64,000 bases of DNA, taken from Eledone cirrhosa. Taxonomy: Eukaryota. The stretch is from assembly GCA_964016885.1 (NCBI GenBank), contig OZ024743.1:53568001-53632000 (forward strand). Reading direction: 5' to 3'. The notes below the pieces were generated by a model, which saw only the letters and a list, made by a program, of their open reading frames with translations, did no database searches and was not told where the DNA came from. The position numbers and the translations under genes are program-made. Positions 42,166 to 57,404 of the stretch are shown here, piece after piece. Every line of letters starts with the position of its first letter. The first letter of the stretch is position 1.

Positions 42166-42482
42166 AACCCTTCTTTTGTGCCCCTGTGGCTAATAAAGAA
42201 ACATATCTATCTATCTCTTTCTTTTTTCTCTCTATATCAGCCTGTAGGTGAAAAAGATGGAAGAACAAGGGAGCACCCTCTCTCTGTGCTCCTGAGGAGA
42301 AGGGTTGCACACTTTTTCGGGGCGGGGGGAGGGGGTGACCCTCCAAAAAGCCTCCTCCCTATTGGGGACTTTATTGTTAATTTTATATTTGTTATTGTTT
42401 TTTTTACTCGTTCTTTTGTGTAAATTTCCCCCTTTGTATTTGTCCCCTTCTTTTGCGCCCTCGTGACAATAATTAGAAACAT
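41208..42482 (+). mobile_element. Cluster of 5'-truncated Tx1/L1-clade 3' ends in (ATCT)n; ORF2 C-terminal CCHC knuckle at 41408-41845
   Basis: CPRCVCDEETVAHALVHC; four 3' ends of the type gtg(g/a)c.aataa..agaaa(c) each followed by (atct)n. Confidence 0.8.
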
Positions 42483-42616
42483 ATCTATCTCTTTCTTTTT
42501 CTTTCTCTCTCTATCTATGTATCAATCAATCTATGTATCAATCAATCTATCAATCTATCTATCTATTCTAATGTATACCTCGATCTGTCTGTCTGACACT
42601 CTTCTTCCTTATATAT

Positions 42617-42673
<57 letters not shown>

Positions 42674-42782
42674 TTGGTGTCATCATCGAAAATGACACCG
42701 TGCTGGAAGCAAGGGAAATTTATATGGCAATGCAGGACAGAGAGAGCTGGAGGAAGAACTTAGCCCTGGAATTGACAACGGA

Positions 42783-42846
<64 letters not shown>

Positions 42847-43016
42847 GTGACAACTGATTATACATTTGCTATCGAATACTTGCTAACATTATATGATTAC
42901 GCAAGCAGCGATACATAGGTATTCCGTCTGTTACAGAAACATATATCAATACCTAATAAATTCATTTATAAAAGCACTTTCATTTTATATTCATTTTTTC
43001 TATATATATATATATA

Positions 43017-43610
<594 letters not shown>

Positions 43611-43614
43611 ATAA

Positions 43615-43647
<33 letters not shown>

Positions 43648-43900
43648 TGTATGTATGTATGTATGTATGTATGTATGTATGTATGTACGTGTGCGTGTGT
43701 GTATGTGTGTATGAATGTATGTATCTATATATGTATATATGTATGTATGCATGTATGTATATATGAATGTATGTGTGTGTGTATATATATATGTGTGTGT
43801 ACTTGTAACTTGCTAACTAGTGTTCTTTCTGGTTCTGTGAAGACCAGCTTCTCAAGATTTTTACTGAAGCAGTTAGTTACGTATCCCAGAATGTATGTAT

Positions 43901-43986
<86 letters not shown>

Positions 43987-44264
43987 GTAAGGAGAAAGAA
44001 AGAGAGAGAGAATAGACAAACAGATAGATAAATGTGTATAATTTATATGAACCGTTGGGAATTTATACGGTTAGTATTGTTTGAGGAATGTTAGTACAAT
44101 GCAAGAGAGAACAGAGTAAACTAAAAACCTAAGAAAAATAACCCCAAAGCAGTTTCGTCTCTATCTTTTATTTCATGGTATTTCGAGGTTAAGGTACCTT
44201 TTTTTCACATGTAAAGTGCGCTGCGCACTCTACACGGAGTTTCCGCCGAAGGGTCTTTGGAGTC

Positions 44265-44585
44265 ACATTACTGAATAGAGTGCGTAGCTGGGAGATGAGA
44301 GAGTCACTACAGGTAGAGCCTCTACTTCTCCGAATTGAGGGATCACAGCTCCGATACTAAGGGTAGTCTCAGGAAGAATTTGCTGGACAGATTTTACGGA
44401 CAAGAGACCCAGGGGTAGACCCCGAGAATAATGATTAGATAACATCCATAAGCTTGGCTGGTCAGGCTTGTTGATCCAGCCGGATCAACTGGAGACGGTT
44501 GCTTCTGACAGGATCCGCTGCAAGGATTTTTTGAGGATTCTTCCCCCACGATCCTCTCTGGAATAAGAGGGCGAAGAAGAAGAAA
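44265..44585 (+). mobile_element. RTE-clade LINE 3' end with (GAA)n tail
   Basis: Homologous to 60180-60545. Confidence 0.7.
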
Positions 44586-45027
44586 ATAAGGCACCATTTT
44601 TTAAAAGAATAAAATGGGAGTAGCATATGCCATTTAATGTGATATGCTGTATCCTTAGTGGTGTATTGGCACCCTAGTGGAACTCCTGTGCTTGACGTAG
44701 ATAGACATGTATCAGCTCGCTCCAAGTTTGTTTTTTTTTTGTTAATGTTTCTGAATGATTCCACAAGGACAAAATTATGAGCTAGCTCGATGGATATATA
44801 AATGGATGGATGGATAGATGGATAGATGGATGGATAGATAGATGGATGAATAGATAGATAGATAGAGAGTTATATAGATACATAGATAGAGGGAGGGAGA
44901 GAGAGTAGCAATAGATAGGGTGAGAGCGAGGGCACCAATAATTATTGATATAAAGGCGTATATCGATACACATGCGCATGTATTTGTGTATGTGTATATA
45001 TGTACACATGCATATGTGTATATGTAC

Positions 45028-45060
<33 letters not shown>

Positions 45061-45105
45061 TGTATGTATGTATGTATGTATGTATGTATGTATGTATGTA
45101 TGTAT

Positions 45106-45465
45106 GTCGGGTCACTCTTGAGTGCTACTGGTAACATGTAACCCAGTACAACCTGTCGCATGGTCGGGTAGTCGGCGACTAAACCGGCAACCCCAAGTTT
45201 ACTGCAGGACAAAAAACAAAACCCGACAAAGGGCGGAAGAACTCATAAGAGTCAACGGCCATCCGAAAGTGTGTAATATATGTATATACACATGTACCGC
45301 GCGGTTAAACCACTGGGAGTGAAGGACCTGCGGCTTCGGAAGCATCCGATGATGTTGACTAGTTCTCCTATTCAGGTAGTGTTTTCGATGCTCAGAGAGT
45401 GGGATTGGTCGAGTATAAGGCCTTTCCCCACTTAAAAAAGCATTCAAAGCACAGGCATTGCTTGT
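45106..45465 (+). mobile_element. Diverged relative of the 2837 non-autonomous RTE element
   Basis: Shares the gtgctactggtaacatgta.cccagtacaacctgtc...ggcgactaaa 5' block. Confidence 0.65.
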
Positions 45466-46078
45466 TCAGGATATGTTACAAGTTTATGTGACTGGCCGTA
45501 GTCTAAAGGTGCACCAAACTCTATAATCCTCCAAGCAATTGCTGTACTCTTAGCAGAGTTTGCAGCCATCATGTGTACATGTATAAATGTATGTATATAT
45601 GCATGTTTGCATGCGTATATATGTATGTACTAATGTGTGTGTATGTGTATCTGCGTATGTACGTATCTATGGATGCATGTATGCTTAAGTTTACATGTAT
45701 GTAATATATGTAATATCATTAGATAGTTGAAACAAGAAAATCTCTCTGTTCATGTATCTCATTAATATCAAACTGACGTCTTACAAGCACAACACAACAT
45801 ACATACATTTCACAGGCTAGCATCTTAACATGTTAATGCACGACAAACTGTTTGTTTTGTGGTATATTTACACCTGTTCTTTCCTCCCTTGTCTCACTTT
45901 CTCTCTCTCTCTCTCTATGACGCACAGATACTCACACAAACACTCACTCACATATATACATGATCTTTCTCTCGCTTTCTCTCTCTCTCTCTCTGGAGAT
46001 TGTTCTGCTTCAATATCCATCTGTCTATGTTTGTGTGTTTGTGTATGCAAATTGCACTCACGGAAAAAGGTGCGCACA

Positions 46079-46116
<38 letters not shown>

Positions 46117-46593
46117 TAACAGAGAAAGAAGGACAGACATAACAGAGAAATGTATTCTCCTCTCTGAATATGTATGTGAAAATTAATTAACAATATTATC
46201 CATATCCTCAATTGACAATGCATATAATGGTGAAACTGGTATATTAAATGCGGAATTATCCACTTTGTAAATAAATTAATTGTTTCTACTTTAGGCACAA
46301 GGCCAGCAATTATTCCAGTGCATTACTGGTACTTTATTTTATCGACCCCGTAAGGATGAAAGGTAAAGTTAACCTCGGCGGGATTTGAACTCAGATCATA
46401 AAGGAACGTAACTATGCTGGAAAGCATGGCGTCCGACCCTCTACCGATACTGCCAATCCACAATGTCTTGATATTACACTGAAAGAATCTCTTCAGCATT
46501 TTCTACTGAAACAATCCTAGATAGTATTAGCAATTGGAAAGACCAATGGAAATATTGTTTCCTCGGTCCGATTTGACGAAAGTCGATCGACTG

Positions 46594-46641
<48 letters not shown>

Positions 46642-46649
<8 letters not shown>

Positions 46650-46985
46650 TAAAAGGAATTCCAACTTTGTCTGATTTACTCGTTTTATTTACAATCCTTT
46701 AAAATTATAATGATATTATAATGAAATATTATGGTAGAATATTAAATGTTAAATGTTAATTGAACAAGTACTTTCATGCTTTCGCAATCTTCAGGTTCAT
46801 ATTCTGTGGTGACAGTCAAGTTTGCAATTTTCAACTGACTTTTAACATTTAATATTCTACCATAATATTTCATTATAATATCATTATAATTTTAAAGGAT
46901 TGTAAATAAAACGAGTAAATCAGACAAAGTTGGAATTCCTTTTATTAATATAATATTCTATACACAATCATACACACCCGTGTAT

Positions 46986-46990
<5 letters not shown>
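46642..46990. mobile_element. Fold-back PLE fragment: arms 46642-46753 and 46841-46952 plus tail
   Basis: ~110-bp inverted repeat in (TA)n. Confidence 0.8.
46761..46799 (-). ncRNA. Minimal type I hammerhead ribozyme
   Basis: tgaac CUGAAGA ttgc-gaaa-gcat GAAA gtac UU gttca; palindromic stem III agtact. Confidence 0.75.
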
Positions 46991-47024
<34 letters not shown>

Positions 47025-47085
47025 TACATATATAGAATAAGAAAATGCGAAGTAGTTTCAGATGTTAAAGTGCTTTATTGATAAT

Positions 47086-47159
47086 GCTGTGATACATATT
47101 TCAATGACGACAGTGGCCACACGCTCCGTGTACCCAGTGCCGTGACATCATCAGACAGC
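47086..47159 (-). ncRNA. Type I hammerhead ribozyme within PLE-type fragment 47033-47260
   Basis: gctgt CUGAUGA (long imperfect stem II) GAAA tatgta UC acagc; 22-bp tandem duplication 47145-47188. Confidence 0.7.
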
Positions 47160-47269
47160 TTCTTACACATCATCAGACAGCTTCTTACACAATAAGGTTA
47201 CGTTCCCGAGGCAATCCAAATTGAAACGACAAGGGAACGGACAAAGCGCGTGTTCTTTATATATATGTA

Positions 47270-47270
47270 A

Positions 47271-47314
<44 letters not shown>

Positions 47315-49953
47315 ATACTTGGGGAAGGTCATATTTGTGTAATATTGCCAGAATTAATAACAGAACATATTCACTGTTTGGTTGGTTTTCGCTTTTCGCT
47401 TCTGTGTCTTTTATATCGGTAACCTAATTTATTTGGTCCTCAATGTTGCCATTGACTGACCAACGGTCAAAAATATAATACAGATACAATATAGACACAA
47501 ACACATATATATATAGTTTATCAAAGTTCTTTCGTTGCACATCTGCAACATCGTCAGTGGTGCTATAGATTCCTCCCGTTGCATTGTATTTCTACGCCAT
47601 CTTTATTTAGTCTGTTTATATATTTATTTATTTGTTTGTTTGTTTATTTTATTTTGTCTTCTTTGCGCATGCGTTTGCGTGTGTGTATAGTGTTTTGTTT
47701 GATGTGTGTTCGTGATTGGGTGACTGTGTATTGGTTAATGTGTTCTATGTTTACTAGTGTGTGTTTATATGTGTTTGTTGTTATTGTGCTTGTGTATGTA
47801 TTTATTTATTTATTTATTTATTTATCTATTTATTTATTTATTTATACTTCTCTTAGGTCAGTGTTGTTTGTTTGGGTGTTGTTTGTTATTCCATTCATTC
47901 TTTCTGTTTAGTCTTGGCCGTCTAAGTTCTATTTCACTGGCCTCTCTGATTTGCCTATCTGCTGGGTCATTTCTATGTTTAGATATTATTCTAATTTCTA
48001 TGTTGTCTATGTTACCGTCGTGTTGTTGTCTGGCATGTTCGTATAGTACTGACCCGTTTTTTCGTCCTTTTAGTTACCCCCAGTGTTGGTATATCCTTTC
48101 ACCTATGCTACGAGCTGTTTCGCCTATGTATGTTGTTGTCATGTTTCTGCAAGTACCCTCTGTATATCTTATGCTATAGACTACGTTTCTAGTTTTACAG
48201 TTTATCCGGGGGTTTACCTTACATATGATACATTTCCTATTAGTACAGTGGGTTTTCTTAAAAGGGTAGGTTTTGCTGATCAGGGATTTTATGGTGGTTC
48301 CTGGCTTTTCTACCACCTTAATTTTTAAGTGGGTCTTTCTCAGGGCCTTTCTACACTGGTTAGCTAATTTCCCTCCAGGGGTAGCATCCACAAACATGAC
48401 ACTCTGGTATCTCTGGTTGTCGTACCATGTGGTGGCTTTCCCTATCTTATGTCTAGCCCTATCTAAGCTATTCCAGGATTTGCTCCTGTATAATGGGCAA
48501 ATTCCTTTCATGTCCAGTTCTATGAGGGTCTTATACTTCTCCATGGCTCCTTCGTATACTCTGACTCTGTCTCTTTGGTTGTAGCCAGAGAACTGCATGC
48601 GGTTGATGAAGTGTTGGATGTGTCTTTCCATTTCTGTTGGGTCGCACATGCGGGACACATTCTTCATCACTCGTACCAAATCTGCGATCAGAATATTAAA
48701 CTTAGCACTACTGGACATTGCTGAGTTTTTTAGCATCAGGTATTTGGAGGCCATGGGTTTAGCATAGTGTGAGTGGAGAATTTGGGCTCTCTCGTCTATA
48801 GTGTTAATCCAGAGTTCCGTGTCTAATACAGGTAGTCTATTGTTAGGGTGCTTGGAAGGGTAGTCGATAGTTACAGTCATACTCTGGTGTATGGAATTAG
48901 CTATCTGCTGGATGCTTTCCATTGTGCTACGTTCTAAATCAAACTTGTTAGTGCTCTCTAGTGGGGATGTTCTTATAACTATATTGATATCGTTCACGTA
49001 ACGAGAGTACATGATGAGGTCTATGGAGCTCTCATTAAGGAGATCTATAAGTCTCCTTTCCCACCATACCATAAAAAGGTTGGCAACATCACCAGCTATG
49101 CTGACGCCAATGGCTACTCCCTCATTTTGGGTGTAGATCTTCTCGTTGAACTTGAATATGTGGCCCTTTAGGGTAGTTTTGATACTAGCTCCTATTGCAT
49201 GTGCGACCATTTTTCTTACCTGATCATTGTTTTGGGGGGTCCGTATAGCTTTGGTCCACCCAATCCACCTTCCCATGGGAGTCTTTTTTGCCATGGAGGC
49301 TATGGTGGGGGGGGAGGTCTACCTCTTATGGTCTACTAGAGCAGAAACGTCTAAGGTCATGGCTGTCTAGGTAGTCAGTGTCATAGGTAAGTCTAAGTAG
49401 GAAACCCAGTTCGTCTATGTCGACGTCGCAGAACTCCACCTCACTCTCAATGATCATCTCCACACATTTTTCCACAGCAAAATCAATGTTAATGGATGGG
49501 TACAGTGATACCACATCCATGCTGCCTATTATGCAGTTGGATAGGTTCCTGTTTTTGTTGCATTCACTGATTCTGCTGAGGAGGTCCTCTGTACTGTCAC
49601 ATACATCTGGGAACATCTTGATTATGGGGCGTATAACCATTGAGAGGAAGTAGGAGATCCTGTAGACAGTCGATGACCCGACAACAGGACCACCAACAAG
49701 ACCCGTATGCGGAGCTAATATAGCTAGCAACTACAGGATATCCTATTTCCTCTCAATGGTTATACGCCCCATAATCAATGTATTATATTTTTGACCGTTG
49801 GTCAGCCAATGGCAACATTGAGGACCGAATAAATTAGATTACCGATATAAAAGACACAGAAGCGAAAAGCGAAAACCAACCAAACAGTGAGTGTGTTCTG
49901 TTATTAATTCTGGCAATATTACACAAATATGACCCTCCCCAAGTATAACAATA
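47270..49953 (-). mobile_element. Second Penelope-like element, 5'-truncated, with inverted pLTR (49781-49951)
   Basis: GSMDVVSLYPSI, YSRYVNDI, LPVLDTELW, KPMAS, NVVYSI and YIGETARSIGER in ORF pieces 48074-49294 and 49326-49730; 47270-47480 is inverted at 49781-49951; HHR-like motif at 47513-47566. Confidence 0.9.
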
Positions 49954-50634
49954 TTTGTTTCGACACACGATTTCATATAAAAAACCTCGCAAAACTAATT
50001 CATCGCCGTTATATATATATATATATATTAATATATGATAAACATTTACATGTTTTTGTTGCAATTGACAATGATCTGCGGAAAAAGTTTGTATTTTGAA
50101 ATTTAAACGTGTCTAGGTACCAAGGCCTTTTGCCCATATATGTTTGTGAGTATTGATTTATTATTTTTTAGATCGACACAGGCAGACTATATGTATTTGA
50201 ATTAAGATATTTCATTCTAGCTATTTTATTGTCAGTTGCTCGGGATTTGCTCTAGGGTTCTTATATATTTAATATATATTTATCCTTATCGAGCCTCGTG
50301 AAATAAATACGTTTGTTTATATTTTGTTATTGTGTTTGCAAAAATATCTGTCAGTGATGCATGTGATTATGTAATCGCTGGCCTTGTTTGTTTATATTTT
50401 GTTTTTGTGTATGCAAACATATCTGTACACGAATCTCTATATTAAAATAACATATTAAAGTTTAAGCAAAGAATCGCTGCTTTCACCCTTAACGGGATCT
50501 TCTGAAACTAAAAAAATCAATCTGTGAACGCAGAAGTAAATATTTCGTAAAACGTTGCAATCGAAGGAAAACAGGAAGACGATACTTTGGTTCGTGAAGA
50601 CGTTCCCTGGCATAAGAATATATATATATATATA

Positions 50635-53600
50635 CTAGCTGACGTACCCAGCTTCGCCCGGGTAAACAGATGATAAGTGAAGACAGGTAAAAGAGAAAAT
50701 GACTGTATTGGATGTTTGTCAGGTTACAGTATGAGGCGAGACCGTGGTGTCTGTGTGATACAAAAAACAGTAAAAATAATATTCCAGATATACCAGATGC
50801 TTCGTTGTACCGTTTGTGCATAGTATATGAACAATTCTAAGTTCCCCCACCTAGAATTGAGATGGTTCATCTTCTGACGGACTGTAAAACGTTTATCATT
50901 GCATAGACGTGGTTGTTCCACGTTTCTCAAAAGGATGATGGAAGTTCCAATCTTTTATATTATATGTAGATATAGATATAGATAATTAATATAAAAGATG
51001 ATGCTCAGCCAGTTTGTCTTCAACCATCGCAGCACGCCGTCGCTGCTTGGCTCCAGTGTTTCGTTGGCGTTGTTATGCCAGCTCCTCTTCATTCATGGCG
51101 GCACGTCTTCGCCTCTGAAGTTCGGCGTTCCGATGGCGCTGTTCGGCCCGTTTTTCTTCATTCCTGGCTGCACGCTGTCGCCGCTGTAGTTCACTGTTCG
51201 ATAAAGTCGAATTGCTTTTACTTTCTGTGGAACGCTGCACGCACGCACACACACATAAACATACGCGCTCGTACATACACACGCACACATGGTAATAGTT
51301 ACAGCGTTCACTTTTTCTCTCTGTTTCTTACTCTCCCCTCTCACTCCTTCACTCCTTCAAAGGCATTATGCATATTAATTTAAGTTTGGCGTCGTTGAGA
51401 TGGGCGGCGTCATTTGAAACCTATGAACCAATGATAATCGAGAATTATGACACACGGAATACTGACATTGTTGAAACTAATATATAGACTAGCTGACGTA
51501 CCCAGCTTCGCCCGGGTAAAATGATGATAAGAGAAGACAGGTAAAAGAGAAAATGACTGTATTGGATGTGTGTCTGGTTACAGTATGAGGCGAGTCCGTG
51601 GTGTCTGTGTGATACCAAAAACAGTAAAAATAATATTCCAGATATACCAGATTCTTCGTTGTACCGTTTGTGAATAGTATATGAACAATTCTAGGTGCTC
51701 CCACCTAGAATAGTGACCTCTAGGAGATGGTTCATCTTCTGCCTGACTGTAAAACGTGTATCATTGCATAGACGTGGTTGTTCCACGTTTCTCAAAAGGA
51801 TGATGGAAGTTCCAATCTTTTATATTATATATAGATATAGATAATTAATATAAAAGATGTCCGTCAATGTAAAAAAGGTCCCTATTTGCTTGAAATGGTT
51901 TATACAAATGCCAAATTAATATAGATATGGATAACATACTTATCTATAAGTGGTCAACTATAATAATAAAACAACAAATTATATGACACAAAAATTTATT
52001 CAGTAATTTCCAGCCACTGAGTAATAGACAGTCAATATTGCCCAGAGTTCAACTCGGGGAGGTGGCCTGGTTTGAACTCCAAATGGCGGATCCTTCTACT
52101 TCGAAAATAGAATCGTTTTTCAATATTACTCTAGCCCTGGCCGGCCATAGGCACCAAACTTTTTGCCAGACTCAGCATATGATGAGGTTTTATTACCACC
52201 GCTATCAGAAGCGATAAATTTGGAGGCAATTTATACCAATACTTGTTGGTTTTTATTGCTCATTATCGACAATAAATGACATTGAACAGAAATGATAACT
52301 CTGTCAAGGCTCACAATACTGAGCAAAGGACACCAATGTCTGAATCATTTACGTCGAATATTCATAGCAGTGAAGGCAATTTCTACCAATACTTGTTGGT
52401 ATTTATTGCGCAACATAGCAGTGAAAGCAATTTTTACCAATACTTGTTTGTTTTTATTGCTCATAACGACATTAAATGACATTGAACATAAATGATAATT
52501 CTGTCAAAGCTCACAATACTGATCAAAGGACACCAATTTCCGAATCATTTACGTCGCTTATTGATAGCATTAAAGATATGCATACATCAGCTCAAAGCTT
52601 CATTATAGACAATATTCAGGGTTGTTCCTCTGTTAGTCGTAACAATTGCAAATTTTATACCATCAGGATCGCACACTAGAGATGCAGCAACATACAGTTG
52701 CCCATGGCTGAATGCTGGATCATTCAAGTAGACACCGACTCGCTTGAAAGTCTGTCCCTGTGCCTTGTTGACAGTCATGGAGAAGGCCAATTTGACGTGA
52801 AACTGTCTCCTTTGCCAAATGAATGGCAGCAGATCTTCACTTGGTCTCAGCATGATCCTCGGAATGAGAACCGATTCCTCTCTGCCTGGGAGTTTAGCTT
52901 CTAAAACTCTTCCGTTAATCAATCTCTCAACAATCAATCTGGTACCATTGCAAAGACCCATTTTATGATTGATATTTCTAAGCAATATAATCGGCAATCC
53001 CTTTTTCAACCTCAAAATATGTGGGGTAAATCCGGGTATTTGAAGTGAATTCAGATACTCAGTCGGAACATCCATATTGTTCTGCTGATTAGGCTCCATT
53101 GCATCCACACTGACGGTCAACCATTCCTCTCCAGAAAACATTCCAGCTACTTGTGAATTTATTTCATCGACCGTTGCATTCGTATGAGTTAGAATAACGT
53201 GTTCCGATATCCAGGAGATATTCTGCTAAAAAGCATTCAAATTAGGGAACACCCAGTCAATCAATGCTTGGCGGTCCAGTGGTCCAAATGGTCTGGGATT
53301 CTTACAGTCTGATTATCACCAACATGTAGCAATTCATCGTTTCCCAACTGCATCAACCATCAGCCGTATGTCTCAGCCTCTTCGTTTGCCCGAACATACG
53401 AAGTCGCATATTATCGTGTAATCGCAAAACTGTGAAATGGCGCCACAACGGGGACTTTTTCAGACATGCATCGACAATTTGCGCTCTTTGAGCATTCCTA
53501 ACAATTGGTAGCACCTGGAATAGTTCCCTCCGATCGAGTGGCAACAGTCTAAGCTGCAATCTCATGTTCAATGCTAAGACACGTTGCCGCATTTCTTCAT

Positions 53601-56600
53601 CAGGAATTGGCAAATTGAAATCTGTTAAACATTTGAAATGAACTTCAAGCAGTTGCTCAATATTGAGCAAAACAATAGCTTCCATCAAATTTTCATCATC
53701 GACCTGAAGATGATGCCTAAAATCATCAGCCATAATTCCCCAATGGCGTTCAAATAACTCTCTTGGATCGGCAGGATTGCAGAATCCTAGAATCGTGACA
53801 AACAACTGCCTTATTTGAGCTGGCATCTGTGTTGTTCCTGCAGCTTCCATGGCGTTATTCCATTCAGCGTCATCCTGAAGGAGTCCCAGATGCTGACACA
53901 CAGCCTGGTATGTTTCATATTCGACGCCATTGATTGTTTTCAAATCAGCGAAGCTCTGTTTACCTCTCGAAAAATCACTATGCAATAGAATTCGGAGATA
54001 AAACACATCACCAGATGCTGGATGGACATTACAAACCCGTCCAATAGAATCTCAACTTTTGTTTTCTATCATTTCCTTTCTTTCCCTTCTTATCCCACGT
54101 ATAGTGCGAAGGGAAATCGCAGTAGAGTTGCTTTTGATCCGGGTTCAAAGCATGTTCTCTATTATGCTTGAACCACTCAGTCAATTCAATCTTAGGAGGT
54201 GGTGCGTTAGCAATTCTTTCGACACCTCTTCTAGTGTCCTGAGAACAGACCATTTGCCTATTCTCTAAGTGAACCGTCAGTTTCTGAACGCTGGGTTTGC
54301 GTTCATTGAGATCAAAATCGAACAATCTCCAGCAAGCTTCGCTAGATCCAATCGAGCGAACATCCTGGAACCTGCCAATTTCATCTCCTTGGTTCGCTTC
54401 CTCATTCCTGACATTCATCATTGCCCGATCATGACCTTTGTAAACATATTTGAATAGATATTTGCAAGCTTTCACTGTGCTACAAATTTCCATTAATATG
54501 ACAACGATATTTCATAATCAAATATGGATTGTATGGCACAACCCATTGATTTGTAACCTGTCGACCGTTTACATTTTCGACCAAACCGCCATCGGCAGGC
54601 GACCGTCTTCTGTATGAGGGATGAGCATCCCCATCGTTCCAGGAAGTGTTCGTGACAAAAGATTTCGGAAAGTGCTTACTGCATTGGCCATTTTTCATGC
54701 AAGGCGCTTTCCGATTTGCCACTCCGCATTGGTTGTGCACCATTGACTTTGCCACCAAGTTGCGTAGTGCCTCATTCTCCGGCAGTTCAGCACACACAAT
54801 GCTGTCGACATCCTCAGCACATCTCAATTTGTAATCTCTATGTAAAATGATCAGCAAATGTGCATGTGGCAATCCTCTTTTTTGGAATTCAATTACGTAT
54901 GTAAAAGCAACTATACCTCCAAAGATTCCCTCTTTTTCCACATCATCCATTATCTTTTTCAGATATCCTTTGAATACTCTTGCCACGATATAAGGACGGT
55001 CATTTGGCTGTTGTCCTGGCAAAAGTGCATCCTTAATATCAATCCATTCAGGATTGCATGTAACCGTTATAAACAAATCTGGTTTTCCAAACTTTCTGAC
55101 AATAGCCATTGCATCCTGATAGCGAATGTTCATATATCTCGTGCCGCCGATGAACGACGATGGCAAAATGATGCTTCGACCAATTTGCTTGTAATTGGCA
55201 TCATCGGCTGTTATCGTATTATACAATTCAGCTCTGATATGTTGCTGATGGGTAGCTATATAATTTAGCCTTTGATTTTCGATCTTTGCGAATGCCATAC
55301 AACAGTATTCCTGGAACAATCTGCTGGCTTGAAATAACGCATTTCTCTGTTGATTCCTCTCGTTGAAATGGAACGCGTAAAAGTAGCGAATCGAATTATT
55401 GTGTCTATTGCCACCTCCCTGTTGATGCTCATTCTCATGATCATCTAAATGAACAGACATGTTCCATCCATTTTCACCTTTTGGGAATAAAAGAACATAA
55501 TGCAATGGATCGTATGCCCTATTTGACTCATTGATAGTCTTGAGACCACCATCTCTGCGATTGAGGACGATATCTCTCGATCCAGGCTTATCGTCTATCA
55601 ACACAGCAACTTCACGAAATCCTTCAGGGGCATTATATCGCCGTTCGTGTTGATTCCTTGGCACTGCGTCAGCCTTAATCACCAATGTTTGCTGCTGAAC
55701 ATTTTGCAGTTCAGCCACCAACATGAAATCCATAACATAAGGATTACACTGTCTAAGCCATGATTGCAAATCACGGATCAAATCACTTAACCTTTGCTGT
55801 TCAAGTTCAGTTATATTTCCCGGCAACTTCATCCAACCGATCCTGATATCCTCCTCCGATTCACTATAATCTGAATCGTTAACGTAAATTCGTTCGCCTT
55901 CTAGCCTCTTTACTGGAATGAGGAGCACTTTGGCGACACATGCTCTGAACTTCTGTATTGCGCTGGCGCTGTTCAGCCAGCTCCTCTTCATCCATCGCAG
56001 CACGCCATTGCTGCTGAATTCTGGCCATCTGCTGATGATGCACAGCCAGTTCGTCTTCAACCATCGCAGCACGCCGTCGCTGCTTGGCTCCAGTGTTTCG
56101 TTGGCGTTGTTCAGCCAGCTCCTCTTCATTCATGGCGGCACGTCTTCGCCTCTGAATTTCGGCGTTCCGATGGCGCTGTTCGGCCCGTTTTTCTTCATTG
56201 CTGGCTGCACGCCGTCACCGCTGTAGTTCACTGTTTGATAAAGTCGAATTGCTTTTATCTGTATTCATTTCGAGCAATTGTCAAAAAATGACACAATAAT
56301 AAATATAAAAGATGTCCGTCAATGTGAAGAAAGGTCCTGATTTACTCCCTTCACAACTATGTGTATGTTAGACCGACTGACAGGCACACAGACAGATAAA
56401 CTGCGTGGCAATTGTGGAACGCCACACACATACACACATAGAAACGCGCACATGCACGCAAACTTACACACGCACACACTCACACATGTTGATAGTTTTT
56501 ACTTTCTGTGGAACGCTGCACGCACGCACACACACATAAACATACGCGCACGTACATACACACGCACACATGTTAATAGTTATTGAACACAGCGTTCACA

Positions 56601-57146
56601 CTGTCCCCTCTCACTCCCTCATTGGCATTATGCATATTACTTACAGTTTGGCGTCGTTGAGGTGGGCGGAGTCGTTTGAAACCTATGAACCAATGATAAT
56701 CGAGAATTATGACACACGGAATACTGACGTTCTTCAAATTAATAAATAGATATACACACACTATATATACATACACACACACACACACACTGATCGCGTC
56801 ATCATGACGAAATGCAGACAGCCAGACATACAGACAGATATTATAAGGGCGCGACGTTATATGTATGTATCTATCTAAAAAGAAAGACTAAGAATTATAA
56901 AGAGAGATCGCTAAATCGCCTAATGCGGACCCTAAGACATTGAAAATTTAAATTTCTTTTGCTCAAAACACCCACAGGACCATAAGTATTACATGTGTAA
57001 AGTTTGAAAACAATCGGTTGGGTGGTTCTCGAGTTTTAGTGAGCTAACAGACAGACAGACAGACAGACGGACAGACTGACAGTCAGACAGACAGACTGAC
57101 AGACAGACAGACAGTCTCTGTTTTATATATATATATATATATATAT
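50635..57146 (-). mobile_element. Decayed Helitron with duplicated 3' termini
   Basis: Hairpin acccgg-gcgaag-ctgggt plus CTAG|T at 50635 and 51489; Rep/Hel remnants; probable 5' region with (CTGT)n at 56880-57146 (5' boundary uncertain). Confidence 0.85.
52587..56129 (-). pseudogene. Helitron Rep-helicase (HUH Rep + PIF1-like helicase), frameshifted
   Basis: PDLFITVTCNP, IEFQKRGLPHAH, KYLFKYVYKG; GLCNGTRL, FSMTVNKAQGQT, FSHGQLYVA. Confidence 0.93.
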
Positions 57147-57339
57147 AAATGCCTATGACGGTTGGAAGACCATTGATGAAGGACAAACTTTTTCATATGT
57201 AACCCATTTGCAACGCCGCAGCTCCATTATTATCATATATATATATATATATATATATAAATATAAATATATATATATATTGTTATACTTTGGGAGGGTC
57301 ATGTTGCCAATTGAATCTTGCTGAACAAATTCAGAAACG

Positions 57340-57404
<65 letters not shown>

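Noticed and set aside
52200-52560. ~200-bp repeat with 55-bp subrepeats
   Set aside because: Ordinary internal tandem repeat in the Helitron 3' non-coding region.
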